A stretch of DNA of 64,000 nucleotides. Origin: Camelus dromedarius. Its lineage: Eukaryota. Of the stretch, positions 63,177 to 64,000 are shown piece after piece. A program made the translations under genes and the position numbers. Positions within the stretch are counted from its first letter, which is position 1, and each line of letters begins with the position of its first letter. The notes under the pieces are model-generated. The model did not search any database and was not told the DNA's origin. It saw only the letters and a program-made list of their open reading frames with translations. The stretch covers positions 68,388,001-68,452,000 of the forward strand of contig NC_087436.1 in assembly GCF_036321535.1 (NCBI RefSeq), given 5' to 3'.

Positions 63177-63196
63177 GGACGCCCTCTGGTGGCAGC
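63177..63196 (-). promoter_or_regulatory. strong candidate CTCF site
   Basis: Reverse complement GCTGCCACCAGAGGGCGTCC closely matches the CTCF core CCASYAGRKGGCR; unique sequence. Confidence 0.78.
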
Positions 63197-63471
63197 TGCC
63201 CAAATGCTGAAGAACGGGAGAGGTGAGGCAAGGCAAGGCAAAGTGGAGAAGAGAATGTCTAAAACTGGATAAAACTATCAAAAACAACCATTATGGGGCA
63301 CTAGGCATCCTCACTCCAAGCTATCGATTGTTCCTAATCTTCATCTCCATCTGACTTTCTGGCCTTTGTCCTTTGCTTTCAAATCACTACCAGGTGATTA
63401 GATGCCTAAAGCTCATCTAATTCCTGTGGTGATGGCGGTATTGATAAGTATGAATGCTGTGATGGTTTAGC

Positions 63472-63545
63472 CTTTGAAGAACCCAGCAACGCATTTGCAG
63501 TTACTGGATTCTTCAAAGCCTTACCTGTAAGGAAGAGAGGGAAAT
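63472..63545 (-). other. juxtaposed 3'/5' splice-site motif (Y-tract-CAG|GTAAG) followed by a 19-bp stem-loop
   Basis: Minus strand reads tttccctctcttccttacag|gtaagg ctttgaagaatccagtaac tgcaaatgc gttgctgggttcttcaaag. Confidence 0.45.
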
Positions 63546-64000
63546 GATCATCTTGAGCACTACTGCAAATCAGTGAGGGAGATATTTTAGATGAGAAAGG
63601 GAATGATTCTTTCAGCTCTTAAATCTATCATTTATCTAAGCTGCTGCCTCCTTTCCTTCCTAAAAGCATTGCAATCTATATTTGCAAAGTTAAGGAGAAT
63701 TATCATAATTTTATAAGATTTTTGTGACACATTTTGAGATAATTGGAGGCCTCCTGATGTGCCATAAAACCAGGGATTGAAATTCCCTGCAGTAAATGAT
63801 CTGATAGTTTGTGGAAAGCTTATGCATTGAGTTACCTCCAAAATGAGACCAAATACCCAAATTCTCCCTCCAGAGCCTTGGTTCTAAACCTTAAATTATT
63901 CTGATCCGCTTTCACAGGAGCTACATGTGACAACTGAGTATAATTGCTAGAGGTACTGTATTTTGGATGATGCGTTACGTCTTTCTCTTCGATAAAGTCT

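Noticed and set aside
1..64000. Assignment of a host gene or intron orientation
   Set aside because: No recognisable coding exon, and L1/LTR orientations are mixed

Overview
Mammalian, repeat-rich, apparently non-coding DNA; no protein-coding exon, rRNA, genuine tRNA or CRISPR array can be supported. A tRNA-Ala-derived SINE (16133-16272) and two young L1 3' ends (16458-16653, 23085-23147) resemble camelid repeats, so the source is probably camel/alpaca/llama (inference from recalled consensus sequences, not a database search). About half of the window is transposon debris: L2 and MIR; MaLR/ERVL/ERV1 solo LTRs (MLT1, MER21, LTR16, LTR33, MER31, MER34-like, MER57-like); Tigger2 and MER53 DNA elements; and several L1 pieces. 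The only protein-like ORFs are decayed L1 ORF1/ORF2; the others come from microsatellites or chance. Most notable: (1) a minus-strand polypyrimidine-CAG|GTAAG recursive-splice-site-like motif at 63525/63524, directly followed by a 19-bp hairpin, then a second hairpin and a strong CTCF motif; (2) a TSD-flanked ERV1 solo LTR with six phased CCAAT boxes, an octamer and a TATA box; (3) a MER53 hairpin of the miR-1302 type; (4) an old ~150-bp local duplication split by an L1; (5) a miniature twin-primed L1. Subfamily names and most old-repeat boundaries are approximate. The host gene, if any, could not be identified.
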